A stretch of 64,000 nt of DNA from assembly GCA_051530055.1 (NCBI GenBank), contig CM121341.1, forward strand, positions 17,462,784 to 17,526,783. Direction: 5' to 3'. The position numbers and the translations under genes are program-made. The number at the start of each line of letters is the position of its first letter. Positions within the stretch are counted from its first letter, which is position 1. The notes under the pieces were generated by a model. The model searched no databases. It saw only the letters and a list, made by a program, of their open reading frames with translations, and was not told the origin of the DNA. Positions 26,751-36,769 of the stretch are shown in pieces. The stretch comes from Neoechinorhynchus agilis (lineage: Eukaryota; Animalia; Acanthocephala).

Positions 26751-27954
26751 CAGTCGATTCCGCTTAATTGGGAAACATCGGGACCGAGGTTTTTTGTCCC
26801 AATTAAGCGGATGTCCCGATTAAGCGAAGTTCACTCTTAAAGAAATTAATTTGATTGGTTTTGGGAACAAGGTTATTAACCAGTAACAAACAAAATTAAA
26901 CAATGCATATTTTTCAATAATTTTATTTTATAAACTCTTGAAAACTTTATATATAGGTACAAAATATATATTATGAATATGTATGTATTATAAATCTAAA
27001 AAAATCGTTAATAAAATATTTAATTGGTAGATACATACTAATTCAACGGAAAAATGAGTCAAGTGTAGTCTGTCTTTTGTTTTTGTGACAGTTGGCTTCT
27101 ACAAAATCAGTACAGATGTTCAGTGCAGATGTAGGGCTTCCTTCATTTCCTTCCTTCATAAAATAACGTTGTAACACGGCCATACACTTTTTTGCCTCCT
27201 GGTTAGTCACTGGCACAGGTGATTCATCATAATCGTCTTCGTCTACCTCTGCCACTAACAATAGAAAACCATTGATTCAGTGCTTCTTCAACGTCTGGAT
27301 CCTTCCCCTCACGTTTTCTTTTGGATGTCCCGGCCTGTCCTTCTTGTAATTCGAATTCCTTACGCAGTTGACTTTCTTGTCGTAAGACACGCGATATAGT
27401 AGATTTTGGTACACCAGTTATCTCAGCGAGCCGACGATAACTTGTATTAAGTGGCTGGCTTTTTATTTTATCAAGCAAGGCAATTTTATTGGTAAGTGAC
27501 AAATCGTTCCTTGGCATTTTAGAAAGGGTAATTTTTTTAAAAATACAATTGACAAAAAATAGCTTCACGCGTTGTTCACGCGGGAGGTGATTGGTAATCG
27601 AATGTCCGCTGCACCGGCTCGGATGTAAAAGATTGCAAATGTGGATATGAGGCCGCCACGGCTTTATAAAACGCTAGTCGGGTTCAGAAATAAGCCGTCT
27701 TTCTGCCTTTCCCTGAATGTAGGAGGGGGTTTGGTTTGTTTTTCCGCTGCAGCGGCTCGGTTAAAGCAAAACTCAGTAAAAACAAAATCAGTTAATAGAT
27801 ACTCTATGGAATAAAATCTTAAATTTACTGTCCCAATTAAGCAGAATGTTGTCCCGGTTAAATATACAAATTTACTATTGGTTTCTTGGTTTGATTTCCG
27901 TTCTTTGTGATTTGTCCCAAATAATCGGCTGTCCCGATTAAGCGGAATCCACTG
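26751..27954 (-). mobile_element. Tigger/pogo-family DNA transposon, internally deleted (no DDE domain)
   Basis: TIRs CAGTCGATTCCGCTTAATTGGGA / TCCCGATTAAGCGGAATCCACTG with a TA duplication (26749-50, 27955-56). The CENP-B-type N-terminus (LTNKIALL...RLAEITGVPKSTISRVL...DVEEALNQWF) is fused directly to the C-terminal tail (KRQTTLDSFF). Confidence 0.92.
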
Positions 27955-28447
27955 TATTATATTCGTGAAGAAGCAGAAAAACAACAAAAATATAAACCTG
28001 CATTTGCTCATTTTATCTGACATCAGAGAAAATCTAGAGCTATTTTCTTATTTCATTATTAAAAATAATACATGTCTCATCATTTGTCAGTTCTGCTGGG
28101 AAGTATTTGTCAAAACGTAGACGGAGATCGGACTAAATTTATAAAATATTATATTCGTGAAGCAGAAAAACAAAAAAATATAGACAAAATTTATAAAACA
28201 TTATATTCGTGAAAAAGCAGAAAAACACCAAAGAAAAAATAAATATAAACGTGCCTTTGCTCATTTTATCTGACATCAGAGAAAATCTAGAGCTATTTTC
28301 TTATTTCATTAATAAAAATTATGCATGTCTCATCATTTGTCAGTTCTGCTAAGAAGTATTTGTCAAAACGTAGACGGATATCGGACTAAATTAATAAAAT
28401 ATTATATTCGTGAAGCAGAAAAACAACAAAGAAAAAATATAAACGTG
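27955..28447. repeat. 190-bp satellite, ~2.5 monomers, inverted orientation
   Basis: Resumes the monomer interrupted by the Tigger (tttataaaaTA|TAttatattcgtgaag). Confidence 0.9.
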
Positions 28448-31400
28448 TTGTGCTAGCTGGCATCAGTAGATCGAAAAATCTACTGTCGCCCCACAAAAAA
28501 TGGTTTTTTATTCAACATAACACCGAAAATGTTAACATGAACCTCAAGACGTCGTTAATGGTCACTACATAGGTCCCTCATGAAGGTTCTTCCGTTTTTT
28601 GCGAGGTCTGCCTTGAGAATGACGGGTGATGTTGGATCGGTATACGCTTGTTTGAGGCGGTCTATCGATACGTTCTCTGGTTTTCCACCGAGATCGATCG
28701 TGAAAAACTTTTCGTTGCGATCAAGTATTTTGTAAGGTCCGGTATACGGCACCTGTATAGGATTCCCATGCTGACCGCGTCTGACAAAAATGAACGATGC
28801 TCTGCTGAAAGCATGTGGTACAAACGTCGTCACTTTACCATGGTTCACAACGGGTATGGGCGCAAGAGATTTAACGTTATTACGTAGCCGTTGTAGATGA
28901 GTGTGAGAATCGACTTGGCTAAGTGAAGAATTAAGAAAATCGGCAGGTATGTTGATGGCACTTCCATATACATGCTCTGCTGCCGAGGAATCAAGGTCGG
29001 CTTCGGGCGCGGTGCGAATTCCTAACAAAATCCAAGGCAATTCGTCGATCCAATTGTTTCCGCAGAGGCGAGCTTTCAAAGCCGATTTCAGATGCCTGTG
29101 GAATCTTTCTACGATTCCATTGGATTGAGGATGATACGCGGTTGTGCGGTGGAGCTTCAATCCTAAATGTTCTGCGATTGTTCTCCACAGCTCTGATATG
29201 AACTGTGGTCCTCGGTCGGAGGTGATGTCATTAGGAATACCGATACGAGCTATCCATTGGCTGATAAGTGCTCTTGCACACGTGACGGCGTCGGTATTAT
29301 TTAAAGGAACCGCCTCGGGCCATCGAGTATATCGGTCTATCACGGTTAATAAATGAGTGAAACCTTGTGATGCCGGTAGCGGACCTACTAAATCTATATG
29401 GATGTGATCAAATCGACGTTGCGGAGGTTCGAAAGTAGAAAGCGGTGCTCGTATGCGTCTTTGAACCTTAGCCTTTTGACATCCGATGCATGACTGAACC
29501 CAGGCACCAAGATCCTTTGATAAACCAGGCTAAACGTATCTTGTTTTAACCAACTTACGGGTTGCGTTGATTCCAGGGTGGGACAGCTCGTGTACAGTTT
29601 CGAAAACTCGTTTCGTCCAAGATGATGGTACCAACGGTCTTTAACGGCCAGTCGAAATGTCACACAAAATAGTTTGTCCTGTGCCATTGAAAGGAATTTC
29701 TTTCAACTGTAGCGAGGTATTCGTTGAACGATATGCCTGGATGTCTTGATCAGACTTTTGATCTTCTGCCATCGCTTCAAACGATATTCCTTCGGAAATA
29801 CTGGCTAAATAATCAATGCGGGACAATGCATCGGCAACTTGATTCTCTTGTCCACTAATGTGTTCGATATTGGTCGTGAACTCAGATATATAATTCAAAT
29901 GTCGTTGATGACGGGCTGGCCAAGGATCCGAAACTTTTGACATCGCATAAACTAAAGGTCGATGATCAGTGTAAATCGTAAACGATCGGCCCTCGACGTA
30001 ATATCGAAAATGTCGGACAGCGCGATACATGGCTAGAAGCTCGCGATCGAAGGTGCTGTACCGTTGTTCAGGTTTACGCAGTTGTTTGCTGAAGAATGCC
30101 AGTGGCTGCCATGAATCGGACACTTTCTGCTGTAGAACAGCGCCAATAGCGAACTCGGATGCATCTGTACTGATAGAGATTGGTGCGTTGGTCACTGAAT
30201 GTGAAAGCATCGTTGCGTTTGCTAGAGCGGCTTTAGTTTTTTCGGATGCTGAACCCATTTTAACTGTCCAAGAAAAACCTCTTAGATTTGTTTTACTAAA
30301 AAGCCCTTGGTAGAGTGAACGCATCAGACGGGCTGCCGAAGGGATGAAATGATGATAATAATTTACCATACCAACAAATCCTTGCAAAGCTTTGGTGGAT
30401 GTCGGAGGAGGTTAACTGCGAATCGCGCTTACTTTATCTGGCAATGGTACTGTACCCCGTCCACTCACACGGTGTCCTAGGAAATAGATCTATTCTACGC
30501 CGAACTCACACTAATCTGGGTTCAGAACGAGGCCGTACTCTGAGAGTCGATCGAACAATGTTCGTAGGTGTTTCCTGTGCTCGGATCGATTTGAACTCGC
30601 GATCAGTATATCATCTAAGTAGACGAAAGCAAAATCCATACCTGAACAAACCGTATCCATTAACCGCTGGAATGTTTATGCAGCATTTTTCAACCCGAAA
30701 GGCATACGAAGAAATTCAAAAAGGCCAAAAGGCGTAATAATCGCAGTATTTGGTATGTCTTGTTGGGCTACCCGAATTTGATGATACCCTCGGACGAGGT
30801 CTACTTTCGAGAAAATCGTTGTTCCAGCGAGTTTAGCTGAAAAATCTTGTATTCGAGGAATCGGATATTTGTCGGGCGTTGTGATATCATTTAGCCTGCG
30901 GTAATAACCACAAGGACGCCATCCGCCGCCTGATTTGGGTACGAGATGCAACGGAGACGACCACTGGCTATTTGAGCGTCTAATGATTCCAAGATCCTCC
31001 ATATTTTTGAATTCGGATTTAGTAATAGCGAGTTTATTGGGCGGGAGGCGTCGCGGTCTAGCATGGAGTTGTTGTCCTTGTGTCTCAATAATGTGCTTCA
31101 CTGCATGTTTGGTCGAAACTTACGAAAAGGTAGGTCTCGTTATATCGGGGAAATCTGCGAGAATTTTACTAAATTCGTCGTTCTTCGATCCGAGGAAATC
31201 GACGCTGAGGGCTTCGATCGATACAGGAACGGAGGCTAGTGGTATCGTTGCGAAAGTTTCTGCACTAACCAGCTGCTTATTCCTTAAGTCGACCAGTAAA
31301 CCTGAGTGTCGAAGGAAATCAGCGCCTAGGATAGGGTGTTTAACCGCGGCAAGAGTGAACATCCATTCTATGTGAGTTTTACCGAAATTCAACTGCAGTA

Positions 31401-32238
31401 GCTTGTTGCCGAATGTTGGGATTGTTGAACCGTTTGCAGCTGTAAGTGCTCTGCCAGCGTGTTTGGTCTGTTTATCGAGTGTTGTGGCTGGAAGGACGCT
31501 GACTTCGGCACCAGTATCGAATAGGAACCGTCGTCCAGTTTGGCGTTCGTTTAGGAAAAAGAGGCTATTGACAGAGGGACCGATCATCATTACCTCTACT
31601 ATTGATCGGTCAATTCGTTTTTTGGGTTGGCTTTCAATTTGAAATCCGCCGATCGCTTACAAGGTGATCTACATTTCCTTGCTCTATCTCCAAATTTACG
31701 GTGGTAATAGCATAAATCTGATACTGTTACTGGGATTTGCTTGGTCGCAATCTTTTTCTTTATTGAGGACCCTAAAGGCTGCCTTGATTGCAAAATGTTG
31801 TCGGCAGCGCGTGCAAGCTCACGAGGTTCGGTTATTTTTGAATGAATTAGAATAGATCGGATCTCCTCAGGCATGCGTTCAAGAAATATTTCGCGGAATA
31901 AGAAACATGGTGGGTTGCTTTCGAGGTACGCTAGCATCTCATCCATTAACGCCGAAGGCTTTTCGTCTCCAAGCTCCTTTATGTGAAGGATTCGATTTGT
32001 CCTCTCACTCTGTGACAAACTATACGTTTCCAGCAAGCGCTCTTTGAGCTGGGCGTACTTTCCTGACTATGGCAGTGATTCCAGAATGTGGAAAATTCTT
32101 ATAGCAGTGTCTTGATCAAGTGAAGCAATAACGTAGTGATATTTTGTTTCATCTGTTGAAATATTTCGTGGTGCAAATTGAGCCTTAGCTTGGACGAACT
32201 AGATTCGTGGTTGTTGTGACCAAAACTGGGGGAGCTTC
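28448..32238 (-). mobile_element. Ty3/gypsy LTR retrotransposon internal region (CsRn1/Kabuki-like gag-pol), degenerate, no LTRs visible
   Basis: Gag KLPQFWSQQPRI*FVQAKAQF; protease FLFDTGAEVS and ILGADFL; RT SQWSSPLHLVPK, FSKVDLVRGYHQ, RMPFGLKNAA, VYLDD; RNase H TDASEFAIGAVL, FDRELLA, YTDHRPL, NQVADALSR; integrase HHCC, IHIDLVGP, SDRGPQF, NGIVERFHR. Several in-frame stops. Confidence 0.95.
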
Positions 32239-32790
32239 GAAAATCTAGAGCTATTTTCTTATTTCATTAATAAAAATAATACATGTCTCATCATTTGCCA
32301 GTTCTGCTAACACGTTTTGGTCAAAAGTAGTCGGAGATTGGACTAAATTTATAAAATATTATATTCGTGAAGAAACAGAAAAACAATAACGAAAAAATAT
32401 AAACGTGCTTTTGCTTTTTTATTTGATATCAGACAAAATTTGGAGCTATTTTCTTGGCTAAATTTATAAAATATTATATTCGTGAAGAAGCAGAAAAAAC
32501 CCATTTCGTTTGTTCCGCAATTAAAATTTAAAAAAATCTAGACGTGCTGTTGCTTTTTTATTTGACAGAAGAGAAAATCTAGAGCGCTTTTCTTATTTCA
32601 TTAATAAAAATAATACATGTCTCATCATTTGTCAGTTCGGCTAGCAAGTTTTGGTCAAAACGTTTACGGAGATTGGACTAATTTTATAAAATATTATTTT
32701 CGTTAAGGTCAGAAAAACAAAAAAAATATGAACGTGCATTTGCTTATTTTATCTGAGAAGAGAAAATCTAGAGCTATTTTCTTATTTCAT
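32239..32790. repeat. 190-bp satellite, ~3 diverged monomers, inverted orientation
   Basis: gaaaatctagagctattttcttatttc...catttgtcagtt...ggactaa repeats. Confidence 0.88.
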
Positions 32791-32864
32791 TTATTCGGCA
32801 CACGCATAACCTTATGGTTCTTGGTATTAAGTGATTTTATGCGCTTCCCTGACCAAGATCGTTG

Positions 32865-33024
32865 GGCTGTGTTGGAATTATTGTTTAGGTCTACACCCGG
32901 TAAATGATTATTTATTAAGGACGTTTCGAACCTCGTCAGGTTCATTATCAGTTCTAAAATACAAGTTGATGAGTATGGTTGATTGTGTTTTTCCTCACAT
33001 ATCGACATTTTCAGTAGGCTGTGT
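32865..33024 (-). mobile_element. 144-bp insertion with an 8-bp TSD carrying a hammerhead-like motif (retrozyme/Penelope-derived candidate)
   Basis: GGCTGTGT is duplicated at 32865-72 and 33017-24; the left TIR (26461) shows the empty site. Minus strand 32951-32920 reads CTGATAA T GAACC tgacga GGTTC GAAAC GTC. The flanking sequence matches the GMDS-intron fold-back. Confidence 0.7.
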
Positions 33025-33187
33025 GCCCAAGGAAAAATTATCACGCTTGAAAATGGCCACACTTAAACACAGAAATTTAATTTTACATTCAAAAACCTAT
33101 ACGATAAAATTTAGTATTGAAATATCTTATACAAAATCTTTAAAAAATTTTTTTCAATCAATCTTCATTTCTCGACAATTAACACAC

Positions 33188-34378
33188 TCACCACCTCCCG
33201 CCGAATTCCAGCTTTTGTCCTTCCTCGACCGTCGCCATCACGCTGGCAGCATTGCCCCGTTGTACTGCTAGCGAGATATTTTGTCGAAGGAATACGCCTG
33301 CTCTTGAGTCTCCGGTTGCCTCTCTCAATTTCTTCGAGAGATCCTGGAGCAGAGAGAGTGCCGAGCTGCCGAGCGCTCCATACGTCTCTACCCCAAAGGG
33401 GACAAAATAGTGAGCCCTCGATAAGTGAAGATATTTCCGTATTTTCCTCCCTTCCGCTGCACTGGCGGCACCACCGGCGATTTCGAGGGAGTAGGGGATG
33501 TTGCTGGCTGCGAGGGTATCCACACACGTGGCGTCCCAGAGAAGGCATTTGCCCTCCCGCCACGGGAAGACCGAAATTCCATCGGGCCTACGGCCGTCTA
33601 GTCTACAGAGGTGGGCTGGTTCCAGGATGTTCGGGAAGTTCGCCGTTCTCAACGCCCGAGAAATTGCGTTATTGATTTCAGAATGGCGTGAGAACCTTCC
33701 TACTGACCTTCTGCAGACGAGACCGTGTCGCCCGAAAACATCAACCAAAGACCCACATCGACAGCGATGGGGCGTGCATATCGGGAGACCAAGTCTTAAG
33801 GATACTGCGATCCTCGTTACCTCGTCAGTAAGAAGAGTTCCCACTGATGCCAGAGGAACAGCCATTCTCGTGTTGAAACTGCCAACAGTCTAGCTCGGAC
33901 GACCCTATCGCGAGAACCGGAAAGTAGAGAGCTGTGAGCTCTCGCGACAAGAGGTCCGTCCCAGATCGACTGTCTGAGGCCATTCACGGGAGCATGGTTA
34001 GCGCCTGTCTGCTGGCACCATTCCTCAACCGCCACCACGAAATCCCGGTCAAGACAGAACTTTTCCTTCAAAATGTTCTTCGAGACTGGTAGGCTCCCCT
34101 CAAACGATCCAAGAAAGGCCGGCAAAGCAAGGTCGGCTAGTGCCCGAATTCCCAATCCCCCAGATGACACAGGCAATGATACTTGTCGCCACGCCTCATC
34201 TGAGAGCTGGACATTTGAAATACGCTCGAGGCATGCCCTCACCTTATCGTCCAGCTTTGCCAATCCTTTTTTGTGTTTGAAAAATGTTGCTGTGCGAACC
34301 TTGTACAATAATTTGGGGATGAAGAGCGCGTTCTTTATGAGAAACAAGGCTTCATGAGCCGAGAGAGCGCACACCCTA
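33188..34378 (-). mobile_element. CRE-clade retrotransposon, 5'-truncated (RT thumb + Zn knuckle + RLE)
   Basis: GGLGIR, HRCRCG...HGLVC...RHSEIN, RRPDG, LWDATCVDT, FVPFGVETYG, AVQRGNAASV. One frameshift near 33860. Confidence 0.9.
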
Positions 34379-34544
34379 TCGCTTCAGAATTAAAGATGTA
34401 AATAAGAAAAGCCCTTAGATTTTAATACACCGAATTTGACTTTAATTGTCCTAATTAAAAAATAAATAAAAAACTTGAAAGCGTCCCAAAATTTATCGAC
34501 GTGCTTTATTTTAGATGATCGCAATCACGCGCCAAACATTTAAT

Positions 34545-36145
34545 TTAAAAAGTACCATATAAGTCAATACTTAAATCGTTTAAAATAAATGCTCCTACCA
34601 CATCCATATTCGTGATTTCCACACTCCAGCAACCTCTTGGATCCTCCAGCCAATGAAGAACAGATGTAAGTGTCCGATTCTTAAAGCCATCTGATTGGTC
34701 ACTATCAAAATCGCGATAATTGACAAAACTGACTGGATGTCCTTGAGGCGACGAAATTATAATATTCAAATTTCCACGTCGACCGGGTCTTTCAGGATCT
34801 GGTAAAATGTCAATTTGAAGTTCCACATGTTCTAGTCTCGTTATTGCTGAATTCGTATAATTACAGGCAGTTGTGCACGTCTTAAATTTCATCATCTTAA
34901 TGGGTTCAATCTTATTGCGTTTTATATTGTTGAATGATATGCGACAAGTTCGGAGATCGAACAGTTTCTCGGCTCTCATAAATTTTGCCCCACGTATAAA
35001 CATTTCGGCGTCCAGGACACCGAATCCAAACACATCACTAACCCAAAGTCCTGCCCCATTTTTCCACCAGAGGCCGTCTGAATTCCAAAATGCGCTTGTA
35101 GGTAGCTTTGGACGTGAAGAAAAAACTATCAGATGCTGAATTTGTCTAGAGCTAAGTTTAGGATTAGCTTCTAGTCCCAATCCAATTATAGCTGCAACGC
35201 TTGGTGCAGCAGATGACCATCCAACAAAGTCAACTCGGCATCCAGATTTCCGATCTCCGGTGACAATACCAAGTGGTCCAATATCGGCAATCAAAACACT
35301 TGTCATGGCGGAAGCACACCTTTCAACCGAGAATGTTTTTGAATTTGTTTTCGATATGCCCGCTACTCCAATGGTGTGTCTTGAGTTCACAATATCGTTG
35401 CAGGAATTTGATAAAACTACAAATGACGATCCTTTTCCATTTCGGCCAAAGGTTGTACCATCAGCCAGAAATAATCTCTCGGAGGTACCTAATAGTTTTG
35501 AAGAATCTTTAATTGGATTAACTTTAAGTGAGATGCTGAACACATCGATTGAAGAGCTTAAAGTGCAATATTGCAGTTAACGGAGAAAGTGAGTTTTAAT
35601 GGGTAAAAGTATTTCTTAAGAGTCAACAAACTTTAAAATGCGTCATTTCATGGATTCTATCAATATGTTCAAACGGCAACAATAATAAAATAAGATTTAA
35701 TGCTAAAATTCCCAAAAAAGATATCATTGTGAGGTGTGCAATATTGCAGTTGTAAGGAATTGAAAAATTTTAGTTTTGGATTGTCATCCAAGAAGCCGTA
35801 GTTCAGCATGTTGATGCTGCGTGTGACTAAGCGAGCGTTATTAGCGAGGCCCAGTCCACAAAAGTTGTTATTCTGATCATGCTTCCCATCATTTAGACAT
35901 GCCGTTCCACTGGAAACGATAAAGTATTTGGAATCGTGGTTACTGAATGACTCAAAAGTAAGCAAGCTATCCATTAACTCAGGATGACTTTCTTCGAGCG
36001 TATTATCGACTATACCAAGCGTAACACCTTTGCCGGAATAAGTTTTCATCAAGATCAAGTCCATGTTGTTGGAGTAATTCATTATTCCAGCGATGCGTGA
36101 ACGGCATTCCACAATATTCAGAATGCTCAGGAGGAAAAGAATCAT
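34545..36145 (-). pseudogene. Furin/kexin-like (S8 + P-domain) gene, copy 1; catalytic His absent; split into two ORFs by a 173-bp interval (475 aa if removed)
   Basis: Signal-like MILFLLSILNIVEC; SGKGVTLGIVDN (Asp region); VSSGTAC in place of HGTRC; GRNGKGSSFV; GWSSAAP..AIIGLGLEANPKL (Ser region); NGAG..VSDVFGFGVLDA; P-domain LEHV..RRGNL..SPQG..WLEDPRGCW..LYGT. Confidence 0.85.
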
Positions 36146-36769
36146 AGTAAAGCAAAAAGTATTTCAACATCTACTAAGCAACGTACATTTTTTTCGAATA
36201 GGGCATCGGTGAATCATGCCTCAACACGGTTGAGAGTTAAGAATATGAGATTTTAATAGACGATGCGAAGTGGCTTGATTCAGGACTGTCAAAAACCTTC
36301 GAAAATGTTTAGCCTGACAAGACAGCAAACGGTTGCCCAGCTTTACGCATTTGAAATTAATAGCGAAATAAAGTTTGAGTATTTATAGGATTGCATTTTA
36401 TTGTTTCAATATCTTAATTGTTAAAATAAGCAATAATCCAACTCTATTGGTAAACAACGCATATAAGCGTGGGACATTAGTTAATTTATTGAACAAATAT
36501 AACTTATTAATAACTCGTAAAACCTCCAAAAAATGAACCCGTTTTAACAGAATGATGTCTTAAAAGCCGTGAACAATAATAATGACGATGCTTTAGATAA
36601 CTGAAGCTGCTGAATGCCGCTTCTCCCACAAAGGAAGTCCTAAACTCTTAAGATGGCCACTCTCTTAGTAAAATTAACTTTTGGAATGCCGCTCTCCTTT
36701 TACGACTTGGCAATTTCGTGAATCAATGATATACTTTCTACTTAAAATATTTATCGAAGAATCTCGGAG

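Larger units (their letters stand above)
26425..33062. mobile_element. Non-autonomous TIR DNA element with ~110-bp inverted termini and an internal 190-bp satellite array; carries nested insertions
   Basis: TTAA at 26421-24 and 33063-66. The left end gtgtggctttttc..gataatttttccttgggcacacagcc..gaagcgcataaaatcacttaatacc..aaccataaggttatg recurs as the reverse complement at the right end. Satellite monomers begin immediately inside both termini. Confidence 0.78.

Noticed and set aside
27664-28023. 119-aa hydrophobic ORF MSDKMSKCRF...
   Set aside because: Spans satellite plus the Tigger TIR; a chance frame.
28555-32238. RIP-like C>T hypermutation as the cause of the gypsy stop codons
   Set aside because: The inferred changes are mixed (CAA>TAA, TGG>TAG, probable AAG>TAG), with no consistent dinucleotide bias visible by eye.
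35563-35751. Treating the furin-like interruption as an ordinary GT-AG intron
   Set aside because: No donor/acceptor pair conserved in both copies restores the aligned frame, and it is about four times the typical intron size seen here.
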